Both the position numbers and the translations under genes were made by a program. 64,000 bases of DNA from Vitrella brassicaformis CCMP3155 (taxonomy: Eukaryota; Protista; Chromerida): assembly GCA_001179505.1 (NCBI GenBank), contig CDMY01000331.1, positions 1 through 64,000 on the forward strand, given 5' to 3'. A model generated the notes under the pieces. The model did no database searches and was not told the DNA's origin. It was given only the letters and a program-made list of their open reading frames with translations. Positions 41,005 to 51,378 of this stretch are shown here, piece after piece. The first letter of the stretch is position 1; every line of letters begins with the position of its first letter.

Positions 41005-41393
41005 TGGCAGCGGGCCTCCTGACTGACTGACTGACTGACGTGACGAGGGAGCTGCTGTGTTGTCTGTATATGTTTGGCTTGTGAATCCTAATGAATGGGT
41101 TTGGCCTGGGGAGACAGACAGACAGACATACAGACAGACAGACAGACAGACAGAGCCGCCCCTCTCTCTCTTGGCTTAACTAACTACACAGCCCACCCCT
41201 GCGCACCTCCGTGTGTCGGCGTGTGCGCCACGCACTGCTGCACACCAACCGCATTCATCAATTTCGCAAACCCTACGCACAATTAGGGTTAGATGAGCAC
41301 GTCGGCCGCCGCCCCGCCCCCCTCCAATCAATGGAAAAAAGCCTCCAAAGCAAAAGTATTACGGTTTAGGGTGTAGGGTTTGCGAGCTTAGAG

Positions 41394-42673
41394 TGGCACA
41401 CACGTGACGATGTGGTGTGGTGTGTTATGGTATGGTTGGGTGTGTGTGTGTCGTTCGTTCGTTTGTGTCATTCATGCAGTCGATCCGTGCCCATTCGTCG
41501 CATCGACGAGGGCCTCTACATCATTGGCACCAGGCGGGTCTCGTGCAAGATACTCAATGGACAGCTAATGGGTGAGTACAGGCAAGCCGACATACGACCA
41601 GAAGAGAGAGCTGTCTGTCTAGTCCATGAGTGAGTGCATCATCTGGGTGCAGTTCGTGTGGGGGGTGGCATAATGAGCCTGGCCGACTTCGTGTCATCGG
41701 AGCGGGCCAACGTGCGGGCTAATCCGGGGGCCGTCCTCGCCCTGCCCTCCTCAGCATCCTCGCACCACTCGCCAACACACACACGGGGCGCCATCGCTGC
41801 CAATCGCTTCTCATCAGCTGGTGAGTGGGCGGTGTGGCTGCGGGGGGGCGGGTGGACGCACTCACTCACTCGTCTCCCTCTGACATGTGCATGTCCTTTG
41901 AACATTGATAGGGTCAAGCCAGCAGGACGTCCCCCGCACCAACCTGTTCACCACTTCTCAACACAGCAGCAGGCCACCACCAGCAGCACCACCCGCTGCT
42001 GCTGCTGCTGCTGTAGCTGTAACATCGCCGCTCAACCACGACAGCAGCAGAGTGACGGCTGCCCACCCCCCCAGCCACCAGCGCCACAGCCATCCCCATC
42101 CGACCCCTTCGGCAGCGCATACATGGCCGCCGCCACTGCCAGTGACCCCTTCATGTACACACAGCAGCAGCAGCAACATGGCGCTGGCTCATCTGCCTCG
42201 TGGCTGGACTCGTTCAACAATATGTTTGGCTGGGGCGGTGGTGGGGAGAGTGAAAGTGTGCCGTTGGAGCCGGAGAGGCAGAAAGGACTGCAGGGCGGTG
42301 GCGGGGCGGCGGAGTGATGATTGATAAGGGGCGTGAGTAGAGTAGGAGAGGTGCATGATTAAAGAGATGGGAACACCGCTTCTTTTATCGCCATGTGGGT
42401 CGGTGCGGTGGCTGGCTGGGTGGAATGAAGTGACTGGATGGATGGATGGTATTCACGTCTGTCTGTATGTATCTGCTGGTGAATGATTTTGGGGCTGAGA
42501 GAGAGTGAGTGCCTTTTTTGATATATAGATCGCGTGCTGCAGCGACTTACATATTCTGCTGCAAATGGTGGTGGTGCACAATCAATTAAGGAGGCCTGCT
42601 CTCGACGGACAGAGACAAGTTTGCCGTGAGTTGTCTGTCCACACACGAGAAACGAGAAATGGCAGGCACCTGA
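41394..42673 (+). pseudogene. Duplicated 3' fragment of the GAR-domain gene (no 5' end)
   Basis: Near-identical to about 28533-29748, starting inside an intron (tggcacacacgtgacgatgtgg). Contains the RRIDEGLY and VRVGGG exons and the stop at 42317. Confidence 0.75.
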
Positions 42674-42828
42674 CAAAGGAGGGGAAAAGAAGAACGAATT
42701 TTTGGCAAGTAGATGCATGAAATGGGCGACGAAGTTCGTCTAATTGGCAATCCCTTCTGGACTCATAATTCTACTGTTTTACGGACACAATTGCCCTTCA
42801 GCAAGCACTCCATTTGTGTGTGAAGTCA

Positions 42829-43408
42829 ATGGGGAACCTTCTCCAGCCTAAGTTCAAGACTGCGGTGGCACACAGTGATAAGGAGACCTGCTGGCGCGTC
42901 ATGAATCAACTTTGGAGGCTCTCAGAAGGTACGCGAGAAGGGAAGACGAAAGTCAGATGACGTCTGTCTGCCTGATGGTTGTGTGCGTGAACGTGTGCAG
43001 ACGCTTGTGACCCGTGCATGCTGTCGACGCAGCAGGTGGACGTGTTGGCGGCCATGCTCGATGAGGACGGAAACATCAAGCCCGAGAAGCTGAGCCACTT
43101 CATCACAACGGTAGACAAGTTCATCCAGCTCCAGGAGGAGCTCTGCAGGCCCACCGTGACTGCGGGCCCCATCGACGAAGTGCTCCAGTGCCTGTACACG
43201 TGCGCTCTCATCGGCACAACATCACACACACACACAGACACACACATCACACACATAGCAACCACTGTCTGTCTGTCTGTCTGTCAGCGAGCGTCGCCGT
43301 CGTTACATAGAAGCCGTGGCTCGGGCGGTATCTGCTGCCGAGTCCACTGCCGAACCCACGGAAGATAGTGACTCGCCAATTTCGCCTCTGTTGAAGACGG
43401 GATTGTAG
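42829..43408 (+). CDS. Small hypothetical 3-exon protein with N-myristoylation-like start
   Basis: MGNLLQPKFKTAVAHSDKETCWRVMNQLWRLSE | DACDPCMLSTQQVDVLAAMLDEDGNIKPEKL...EVLQCL | ERRRRYIEAVARAV...LKTGL*. Both GT-AG introns (phase 1 and phase 2) restore the frame. Confidence 0.65.
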
Positions 43409-43411
43409 ACG

Positions 43412-43959
43412 GCCGACGTCATGCAGCAGCTGCAGAGCCTCCAGAGGTCATAAGAGGCGTTCGCCGCCAAACATGAGGCTGAGAGGGACGAGTGGCGGCG
43501 GGAGCGAGATGTGCTCTGGAGGGCCGCATCCGAGAGCTGGAGATGGGCATCATACAGATGGGGAAAATCTCATTTGAGGGTGGAATCTATCGTGGGCAGC
43601 TGCTCACATAGATTCTGCTCACACAGGACGGCTTTGGCAAGCTCTACGAGGGCGAGTGGGCGGACGGAAAGCGACACGGCCAGGGGAAGGCCTACTATGA
43701 GGGCTATTGTTCTGTGTTGTGGTTCGATGGCGAATGGCGGGAGGGCCTCGCCCACAGCGGCACCCTCTTCCCTGACGGCGACTGGCATGGATGGAAGAAG
43801 CTCGATGGCAGCCCTTCTTGGCCCATCACGCCCATTCGCTGGCAATCGGGACAGGGGATACCCGACGTCGCCCTTAGGGATGGGAGCCCATGCGGGTTGC
43901 ATCAGTGGCTGAAGAGTCTGGGCCTGTCGGGGTATTTCCCTGCTGGTGCGCTTGGGTAG
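43412..43959 (+). pseudogene. MORN-repeat family pseudogene, 5'-truncated
   Basis: Begins abruptly at GCCGACGTCATGCAGCAG. Has an in-frame TAA (about 43451), a frameshift and a TAG (about 43609). Retains YEGEWADGKRHGQGKAYY and the family C-terminal cap VLWFDGEWREGLAHSGTLFPDG...YFPAGALG*. Confidence 0.85.
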
Positions 43960-44898
43960 CGAGTGCTTCCTTTGTGGCTGAGTGGCTGTCTGTGATGTCA
44001 ATCTGTAGATCTGTGTGTGATTGATTGAGGGAGGGAGGCAGGGAGCGAGGAAGCGACAGCTCTTGTTTGGTGCTTCGTGCTGTCTCTTTATCCAGCCTAT
44101 GTCTTCTCGGATGGCTGCAGAGACAGACAGATAGACAGACAAACAGACAGACAGACAGAGATACATACCAGTGTGTATCTGTCTGGTATGTATCTCTTCG
44201 TAGCACAGATGCGCCTCTCTGTCTTGTGACTTGTCTCTGTCTGCCCTCTCTGCAGACACACATGTATGTGTGTGCTCATGTCTGACAGACGGACAGTCCG
44301 TGTTGTCAGAGTGACTCACGTGTGTGATCATCAACCCATGAATCAGCAGTGAACACATGCACAGACAGAAAGGTCATACAGAGAGAGCATGTGAAGGTGA
44401 TGGATGAGTTTGACTGTGGGTTCGCTTTCTGTGTGTATGTATGTGTGTGTGTGTGTGTATTTCACGTGTGCTGTGCATGGGAGACAGAAGCTTTTTGTCG
44501 ATCCAGTGACTGTCAATCAGCTGCTGTTGAGAGTAATAAAAGGTCTCTGACAGCAGTCACGGGTAGTACGGGAGAGAGAGGAAGGACAATAAAAAACTTC
44601 CACACGACATGACATACATCACCTAATCCACTGTCATGGAGCACGTGTCATGGACACACATGCTGTATCATGTCAGTGTTCCACGCACATCCACTGAGAG
44701 CACAATGCTCCGACAACAGCACCCTCTCCCCCGCTCCCTCCCCTCAATGCATACACACAGACCCCCAGACACGCGACACACAGCCAGACAGCCATCCACG
44801 AGAGACACTCACCATCACAATATACCAGTAGGCAAATGCCCCGACGCACCCACATACTGCAGCAACCACAGCCAGGCGGCCACAAGAGGCCACACTCA

Positions 44899-46420
44899 TC
44901 AGCTGAGTGCACCAGCAGGGAAATACCTCGACACACCCCGATTCTGCAGCCACCAATGCAATTTCCATCCGCCGACACCACGCAGGTCGGTTTCGGGTAC
45001 GTCCTGTCCGGCCTGCCATCGAATGGGCGTGATGGGATACTCAGGGCTGCCGTCAGCCTTCTTTCCTCCCCTCCAGGTGCCGTCAGGGAAGAGGGTGCCG
45101 CTGCGGGCCAGGCCCTCCCGCCATTCACCATCGAACCACAACATAGGACCATCAAAGTGGTAGTATGCCTTCGCCTGGCCGTGCCGCTTGCCGCTCTTCC
45201 ATTCGCCCTTGTAGATCGGTTTGTTGTTGCCGTCTCGCAGCTCCCCCTCGCCGTGTGGTCTGCCGTCAAGTGTTGGCCCATGATAAAAATGGACCTCCCA
45301 CAGCATGCCCGTCGCCACGACAGCTCCGTTCTTCTCCCCGTTGACCCACTCGCCCCTGTAGGTCACCTTGTCGTTGATGAACTCCTCTCCCTGGCCGTGC
45401 CGCTTGCCGTTGGCCCAGCCGCCTCTGTAGACCAGCGTGCCGTGCTGATACTCATCTCCCTCGCCGTGCCATTGGTTGTCTTTCCACTCGCCCTCGTACA
45501 GCTTCACCATTCCTCCATTATAGGCTTGGTATTTGGTGCCCCGTCCCTCTCGCTTGCCATCCACAAAGTCGCCATCGTACACGACACATATCTTGGCTTC
45601 ATCTCCGCCTTCTTTGGTGCGCACCACACCCGGCCCGTACTCCTTGCCCTTGCCGTGGTATTTGCCGTTTCTCCACTCGCCCTCATAGCGCATCTCTTGC
45701 TCGTCAAACGACCGCAGCAGCCCAGCACCATCAGGCAGCCCGTTGACCACCGAGCCATAGTACATGCCGAGTAAGTCCCGATGGACAATCTTGCGTGGAG
45801 TGATGTGGTCGTCCTGCACCTGGCGCCGCCGGAGCTCCTTGAGCTCTGCATGAGCCTCATCTCTCTGAGCCTCGGCCCGCTCGCAGCGTCTCTTCCATCC
45901 GTCCCTCTCTGTCTTGTACTCGTCTCTCTGGGCTTGGAGCTCCTCAATCCGCATCTCGTATTGCTGCCGCTCTCTGTCCATCGACCGACGAAGATCTGCA
46001 TGCACACAGATATCCGCCCAGACACACGATTGGATGATGTGTCTGTCGTGTGCGCACCATCCATGACGTTGTGCAGTATCCCGGTCGTGTCTGTGTCGGC
46101 AGAAGTGCCCTGATGGTCTGCTATCTCCTCCTGCGTCATCTCAGAGCTGCCAGAATTGGCGTCCGAGAAGGCTTCCTCTCGTTGAGCCTCGGCTTCCTCG
46201 CACCGACGTTTCCACTCATCTCTTTCGGCTTCGAGCTTGCTGGTCCGGCTGCGCTCACTGTCCCTTGAGCTGCGCATCTCTGCGTGCACAGAGCATATGC
46301 GTGGGAATGGTCACATACACGCATGAATGCCTCCCGCTTGTGTCTGTGTGCACCTTCCATGATGGTCTGCAGTGTCGAGATGGTGTGGCTTGCTTGACTC
46401 CACGCGGCGTCGTCAGACAT
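44899..46420 (-). CDS. Coiled-coil + MORN-repeat protein (3 exons)
   Basis: MSDDAAWSQASHTIS start, two coiled-coil exons, multiple YxGxWxxGxxHGxG MORN repeats and the family cap domain. Confidence 0.85.
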
Positions 46421-46875
46421 AGTGGCGGCAGTGATGCCCAAGCTGTGAGGATGGATTGGCTCGTTCGGCAGAGATCGGTGTTGCCAATCAATAGGGGCAC
46501 AGCTGGGGGTGGCAGACAGGCCAACAGCGACGCACGGCGATGGCAAAAAGGCGGCGGGAGTGCGATCGCCACACGAGCTGAGGAGAAAGAAAGGAAGAAA
46601 GGGGAGGACAAACGAAAGGGAAGACGTCGGTGACAATCAAGACGAATCTTGGAGATCTGAAGGTCACACAAACATTCCATCGCCCATTGTGTTCATGTCC
46701 GTCATCATCGTGCTCCTGTCTGTGTTTGTCTGTCGTGCTGTTCACAGGTTGAGCTGTTCTGTCAGCAGGCGCCTAAGTGCTAAAAGGTGGGCGAGGAAAC
46801 ACGCGCATGGATCAATGCTCGTGACCCGCAGCACAATGTGTCTGCAGCAAAGTGGTGTGCATCTTCCATCCCTGC

Positions 46876-46956
46876 GCGTCGCTGTCTGTCTGGCCACACA
46901 CTGCTGTGGCCCTATCGATTGCAAACACCGATCTCCGCTGACCGAGCTGTCTGACA
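46876..46956 (+). promoter_or_regulatory. Shared MORN-family upstream element (candidate core promoter)
   Basis: CG(T/C)(C/T)GCTGT...GCTGTG(G/C)CC(C/T)T...(G/C)ATCTC(T/C)(G/C)C(T/C)GA(A/C)CGA occurs just before starts at 46420 (-), 46957, 50069, 57065 and 60109. Confidence 0.55.
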
Positions 46957-47065
46957 ATGAGTGGCCACGACGCCGCCCTCTCTGACGACGCCCAATCGCT
47001 ATCAAGCGCCTCCACTGTGGCCATGCCGACATTTGAGACGACCATCCCGTCTTGAGCATCAACCC

Positions 47066-48477
47066 ATGAGCACCGTCGGCGCATTCGTAAGGCAAGCAGT
47101 CCTGCCCCAGTCACAGCGTGGCATCCTCCCTCTCTCTGTGTGTGTAGGTGCGGGTCCGTGGTTTGCCGAACAACGCGTCGGAGCAGGACATCGTGTCCTT
47201 CATGCTGCCACTGCGGTGCCACACCGATGAAGTCACCATCATACGAGACCGTCACGTAAGCAGCCACGCCACATGACATCGTATTCCTTCCGTCGAGATT
47301 GCTGTGTGTCGCTTGTGTGTTCTCGCTGGCGTCTTCAGGGCTATGCTACGGGTGATGCATTTGTTCGTTTCAACTCCGATGCAGAGGTGAGGTCAAGAAC
47401 AGCCGCTGGCAGCGTGCTCACACGTTCGTTTGTGTGTCTTTTTGTCTGTCCCCTGATCACACGCAGGCGCACCAGGCCTTGACGACGAACGGCCAGCGTC
47501 TCGGCGCTTATTGTATCGAGGTTCTTCCCTGCTCGTGCACCGAGTATGACACCTACGTCAGCCGAGTGATGAATCGCGAAAAGAAGAAGGCTCTCCGCTA
47601 TACAGTGTACCACTCGCTGAAGGCGCTCAAGGACAGGAACACACGAGAGATCGCGCACCTCGCTCAGCGGTCCGCCATCGAACAGTAGCACTGGGAGCAG
47701 ATGAGAATGCTCGAACGGGAGGCGGATTTATCTCTTCGGCGTATGGAGAACCTGACGGGCAATATCGACGAGCTGCAGCGGCTGCAGACTACTCTGACGA
47801 ATGAGCTGCAGCAGCTGGAGGGCATCACCGACGCCCTCGTGTGGGATGTCTCTATGCAGCATGAGCGCAACCGGCGGCTCCGCGAGGCTATTCAGGCTCT
47901 CGAGACCGACACCGCCATGCTGGAGGAGCGACATCGGCAGCTTGAGAGGCGCCACGAGAGCATCACCCGCCAAGAGCAAGCAGAGCAAGACATCAAGCGT
48001 GCGCTATTTCAGCGCATCCAAGAGCTGGCGAGATCGAAGCTGAATGCACTCAAGCGCAATGAGAGGCTGCAGAGGCGCATCGATGCATTGCGCGATCCAG
48101 GAAGCGGCGCGGCAATCCTCTTCCATCAGACTGACCCACAAAGCCCCCAGCGACTGAGGGGTGGTGTCGATATGAGGGCGTGCAAGCCGATGGGGTTCTG
48201 GGGCTTAAACAATCGTCGTGGGTTCTTTTGTGCATCAACGGAGGAGATCACGAACGACCCCGGCAAGGCTCAGCATCGTGGGTGGATGTTCAAGTTGGCG
48301 GTGCGACTTGGACGCGTGAAGGAGCTGCACACCTTGAGAGGACCCGGGACGCTGGCGAGCAACGACGAGTTCGACAGTGTGGTGATTCAGACGGACTCGG
48401 GGCTGGAGTTTGCTGTGACGAAATCAGAGCAGGTGACGATTATTAGCGACTACCCCTACCCTCAGGGAATCAGATAG
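47066..48477 (+). pseudogene. qRRM-coiled-coil-ADP-ribosyltransferase, copy A, with premature TAG
   Basis: Exon 1 MSTVGAF, then VRVRGLPNNASEQDIVSF...GYATGDAFVRF...GAYCIEV. TAG at 47686-47688 where copy B has CAG. Downstream FHQT...GFFCA...FDSV...GLEFAV ART domain is intact in ORF 47701-48477. Confidence 0.8.
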
Positions 48478-48769
48478 AAAGTTGTTGTGAGTCTGCCTGT
48501 TCGGCTCTGTGCTTATCTGTGTTGGCGATCCACGTTTTTGTCTACCTGCCTGTGCATGTCATAGAGCTGTTGTTTATCCAACGAAATGACCCGTGGGCCC
48601 ATTTGGAGTGCCTGTGTGGATGGCTAGCTCGTGTGCGACTTTGCAATGTCTGCGTGGACGGTCAGTCTGTCTTGCGACTTTGCCACTGATTTATGAATGC
48701 TTTGTCCACGCATGACCTCCCAAACACTACCATCAAATCGCACACAACGCGCCTTCCAGTTGCCCCCAG

Positions 48770-49731
48770 TCACGGACTCTGGAATGGCACACCAATGACT
48801 TGCACTTGATCATTGCGATACACCACATATTCCAGACCATGGCGGTCGGTCACAACCACGGAATCAAAACCTCGCTGCTTCACCAGCGCCTCACTCAGCT
48901 GAGAGTCACTATGGTTGAGCACTCGTCCCAGCCGCAATCCAACCCTCACAACCCAGTCCGTCCGCCCTGACTGATGGCCGACCTTATGCTTGGTCATCTC
49001 CGGCGAGCATGCGCAATAGAAGCCCGTGCCCGCATAGTTTCGGTGCCTGGCGAAGCGATCGATGTCCACTCCGTAACGCTCAAGGTTGATAGCGCCCTCT
49101 CGAGTAGTGCGATGATAGGCAATGACACCGTATGGGCATTGCAGGCACCAGTGACTGGAATGGCCGTGTGGATTATTGCGGCAGAAGTGACTGTGCTGGC
49201 CGTTCGCATAGCGGCGGAGCTGTCGTTCCAGACGCCTCACGGCCCCCTCTTCGTCTGCCGCTTGGCCGCTCAACACATTGGCCTCTCTCTGCCGGGCCGC
49301 ATTAGCAACAACGAGCTGCTGGATCTGCTGGCTGAGAGCATCGCTGCAGCGGGAGAGAGCTGCGTTGGCCTCCTCATGCCGCCGCCGTGTGACCTCTCGG
49401 TCTTCGTGGATAGCAGTCAGGCGTCGGCCCTCAGCGACCGCAATAGAATGCTCCTCACGCAACTCCCTTGTGCCGCGTTCTGCTCGCAAGTCTGGCCGCT
49501 CAGGTGCTCATTCTGCAGTGTCAGCATGGCCCTCACTGCAGTGAGGGCGTTCTCACGATGCAGTGCGTCATCAAGGCGGTCCTGGGCCGGCTGTCGCTCG
49601 GCCGCGTGTCGGGCGACCTGCTGTCTTGCCTCATCTGCATGGCGCTGGAGCTGGGCAGTCTTGACGTCAGCCTCCCACTGCCTCACTTTGGCCCTGGTTC
49701 GCTCCCTGAAGGCTCTCACGCGAAGATCCAT
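48770..49731 (-). pseudogene. Coiled-coil-Cys/His-ADP-ribosyltransferase, copy A, with 1-nt frameshift
   Basis: Split into ORFs 49417-49731 and 48770-49489 by a 1-nt deletion near 49465 (ctcccttg versus ctcctcttg in copy B). ART motifs AYHRT, GFYCA, GFDSV and GLEYVVY. Confidence 0.8.
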
Positions 49732-50068
49732 CCGTCAAAACGCGTGTAAGCTGACAAACACACAGGGCATTGCGCTGTCAGACTGTCTGTACATGTTCTC
49801 CTTACTGGCAACGAATTACACCGCCGTCGCAATAAAGGACAACAGTAGCATGAGAAATCTGGCCAGATCTTCGTTGCCCATCACTCAGCACGTCACTTCA
49901 CTGGAAGAGCTTCCTACTGCGAGCTCAGCGTGCAGGAGCGCCTTGAGGCCATGCCTTTCTATTCCCGCGCGTTGCTGTGTGCCCGGCAGTCACCCTCAGC
50001 TGTGCCCCTTCCCGTAGCAAGCGCAGACCGACCTTCCCGTAGCAAGCGCAGATCTCTGCTGAACGACG

Positions 50069-51049
50069 ATGAATGGCCACCACGACGCCCTCTCTGACGA
50101 CTCCCAATCGCTGTCAAGCGCCTTCACCGTGGCCCATGCCGACGTCATGCAGCAGCTGCAGAACCTGCAGAGGTCCCAAGAGGCACTCGCCGCACAGCAG
50201 AAGAGACAAATGCAGCAGATGGAGGCACGACACCAAGCCGATAGGGAGGAGCGGCGGGCTGAGAGGGACGAGTGGCGCCGTGAACGGGCTGCTCTCGAGG
50301 GCCGCATCCGGCAGCTGGAAGAGAACAGCATATCGGTGGGGGACATGAACTTTGAGGGTGGCGTCTATCGTGGGCTGCTGATGAATGGGCAGCCCCACGG
50401 CAGCGGCACTCTGCTCACACCTGATGGCCGCGTCATCTACACAGGTGACTGGCGGCACGGCAAACGGCACGGCTATGGTGAGGAGTTCATCAACGGCAAG
50501 GTGACCTACAGGGGCGTGTGGGTGAGAGGGGAGAAGAAGGGAGCTATCGTGGCGACGGGCATGCGGTGGGAGGGCCATTTCTATCATGGTCCCACACTCG
50601 ATGGCAGACCACACGGCGGGGGGGAGCTGCGGGACCGCCACGACAAGATCATCTTCAAGGGTCAGTGGACTAACGGCCGTGGCCACGGCGACGAGTTCGA
50701 CTCACAGGGCCAGGTGATTTACAAGGGCGAGTGGGCGGACGGCAAGCGGCACGGCCAGGGGAAGGCATACTATTACTATGATGGTCCTGTGTTGTGGTTT
50801 GATGGCGAATGGCGAGAGGGCCTGGCCCACAGCGGCACCCTCTTCCCTGACGGCAACTGGCATGGACAGAAGAAGTTTGACGGCAGCCCTAAGTATCCCC
50901 TCACCGCGTCCATCACGCCCATTCGATGGCAGGCCGGACAGAGGATTCCCAACACCGACGTGCCTGGATGGGGATCTGGCAAATTACATGAGTGTCTGCG
51001 GTATGAGGGACTGTTGGTGTATCTGCCTCATGGCGCATTAGGGTGGTGA
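50069..51049 (+). CDS. Coiled-coil + MORN-repeat protein (cassette A), single exon, 326 aa
   Basis: MNGHHDALSDDSQSLSSAFTVAHADVMQQLQ leader, coiled coil, MORN repeats (IYTGDWRHGKRHGYG, IYKGEWADGKRHGQG) and cap domain. Confidence 0.88.
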   Translation: MNGHHDALSDDSQSLSSAFTVAHADVMQQLQNLQRSQEALAAQQKRQMQQMEARHQADREERRAERDEWRRERAALEGRIRQLEENSISVGDMNFEGGVYRGLLMNGQPHGSGTLLTPDGRVIYTGDWRHGKRHGYGEEFINGKVTYRGVWVRGEKKGAIVATGMRWEGHFYHGPTLDGRPHGGGELRDRHDKIIFKGQWTNGRGHGDEFDSQGQVIYKGEWADGKRHGQGKAYYYYDGPVLWFDGEWREGLAHSGTLFPDGNWHGQKKFDGSPKYPLTASITPIRWQAGQRIPNTDVPGWGSGKLHECLRYEGLLVYLPHGALGW

Positions 51050-51343
51050 TGGTCTCTTGTGGCTGGCTGACTGCCTGGGTGGCCGGTGTGTGTGTGTGAT
51101 ATCAATCTGTGGATCTGACGGGAAGAGGAATGCTGACACAATATTGAGGAATTGAGACCCCTGGTATCTGGGTGCATTTTCTTCGTTGTGCACTGGAAGA
51201 CATCGGTGTTGATTGAGAGAGGGAAGGAGGGACAGCCGGTTTTGATGCTTCCTGCTGTCTGTGTGAACACAACGGGGATGCACTGCTGGCCTGCTGGCTG
51301 CGCATTATCCATACACACCCACACACATACACAGACGCACACA

Positions 51344-51378
<35 letters not shown>

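Larger units (their letters stand above)
32393..41393 (+). repeat. Overlapping near-identical copies of the C5orf34-like locus separated by nominal 300-N gaps
   Basis: 33360-34030 repeats 32393-33059; 34881 onward repeats 33788 onward; about 38235-38842 and 39143-41393 repeat 35600-37555. Copies differ by SNPs and small indels. Confidence 0.9.
46850..50230. repeat. Segmental duplication block A (ART pair plus flanking MORN upstream regions/leaders)
   Basis: Colinear and visibly near-identical to about 56945-60250, including introns and intergenic DNA. Similarity decays inside the MORN gene bodies. Boundaries approximate. Confidence 0.9.

Noticed and set aside
44836-45774. 312-aa plus-strand ORF opposite the MORN gene
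   Set aside because: Antisense shadow; the minus strand carries the clear MORN motifs.
47686-47691. TAG-as-Gln recoding or programmed readthrough in qRRM-ART A
   Set aside because: Other genes here use TAG as a normal stop (IFT56 and others), and the context TAG CAC TGG is not the CARYYA readthrough signal. A nonsense mutation is simpler.
48974-50017. 347-aa plus-strand ORF (and 59011-59787, 59315-60055) overlapping the CC-ART genes
   Set aside because: Antisense shadow of a GC-rich coding strand. Stop and frame patterns differ between copies and no domain is recognisable.
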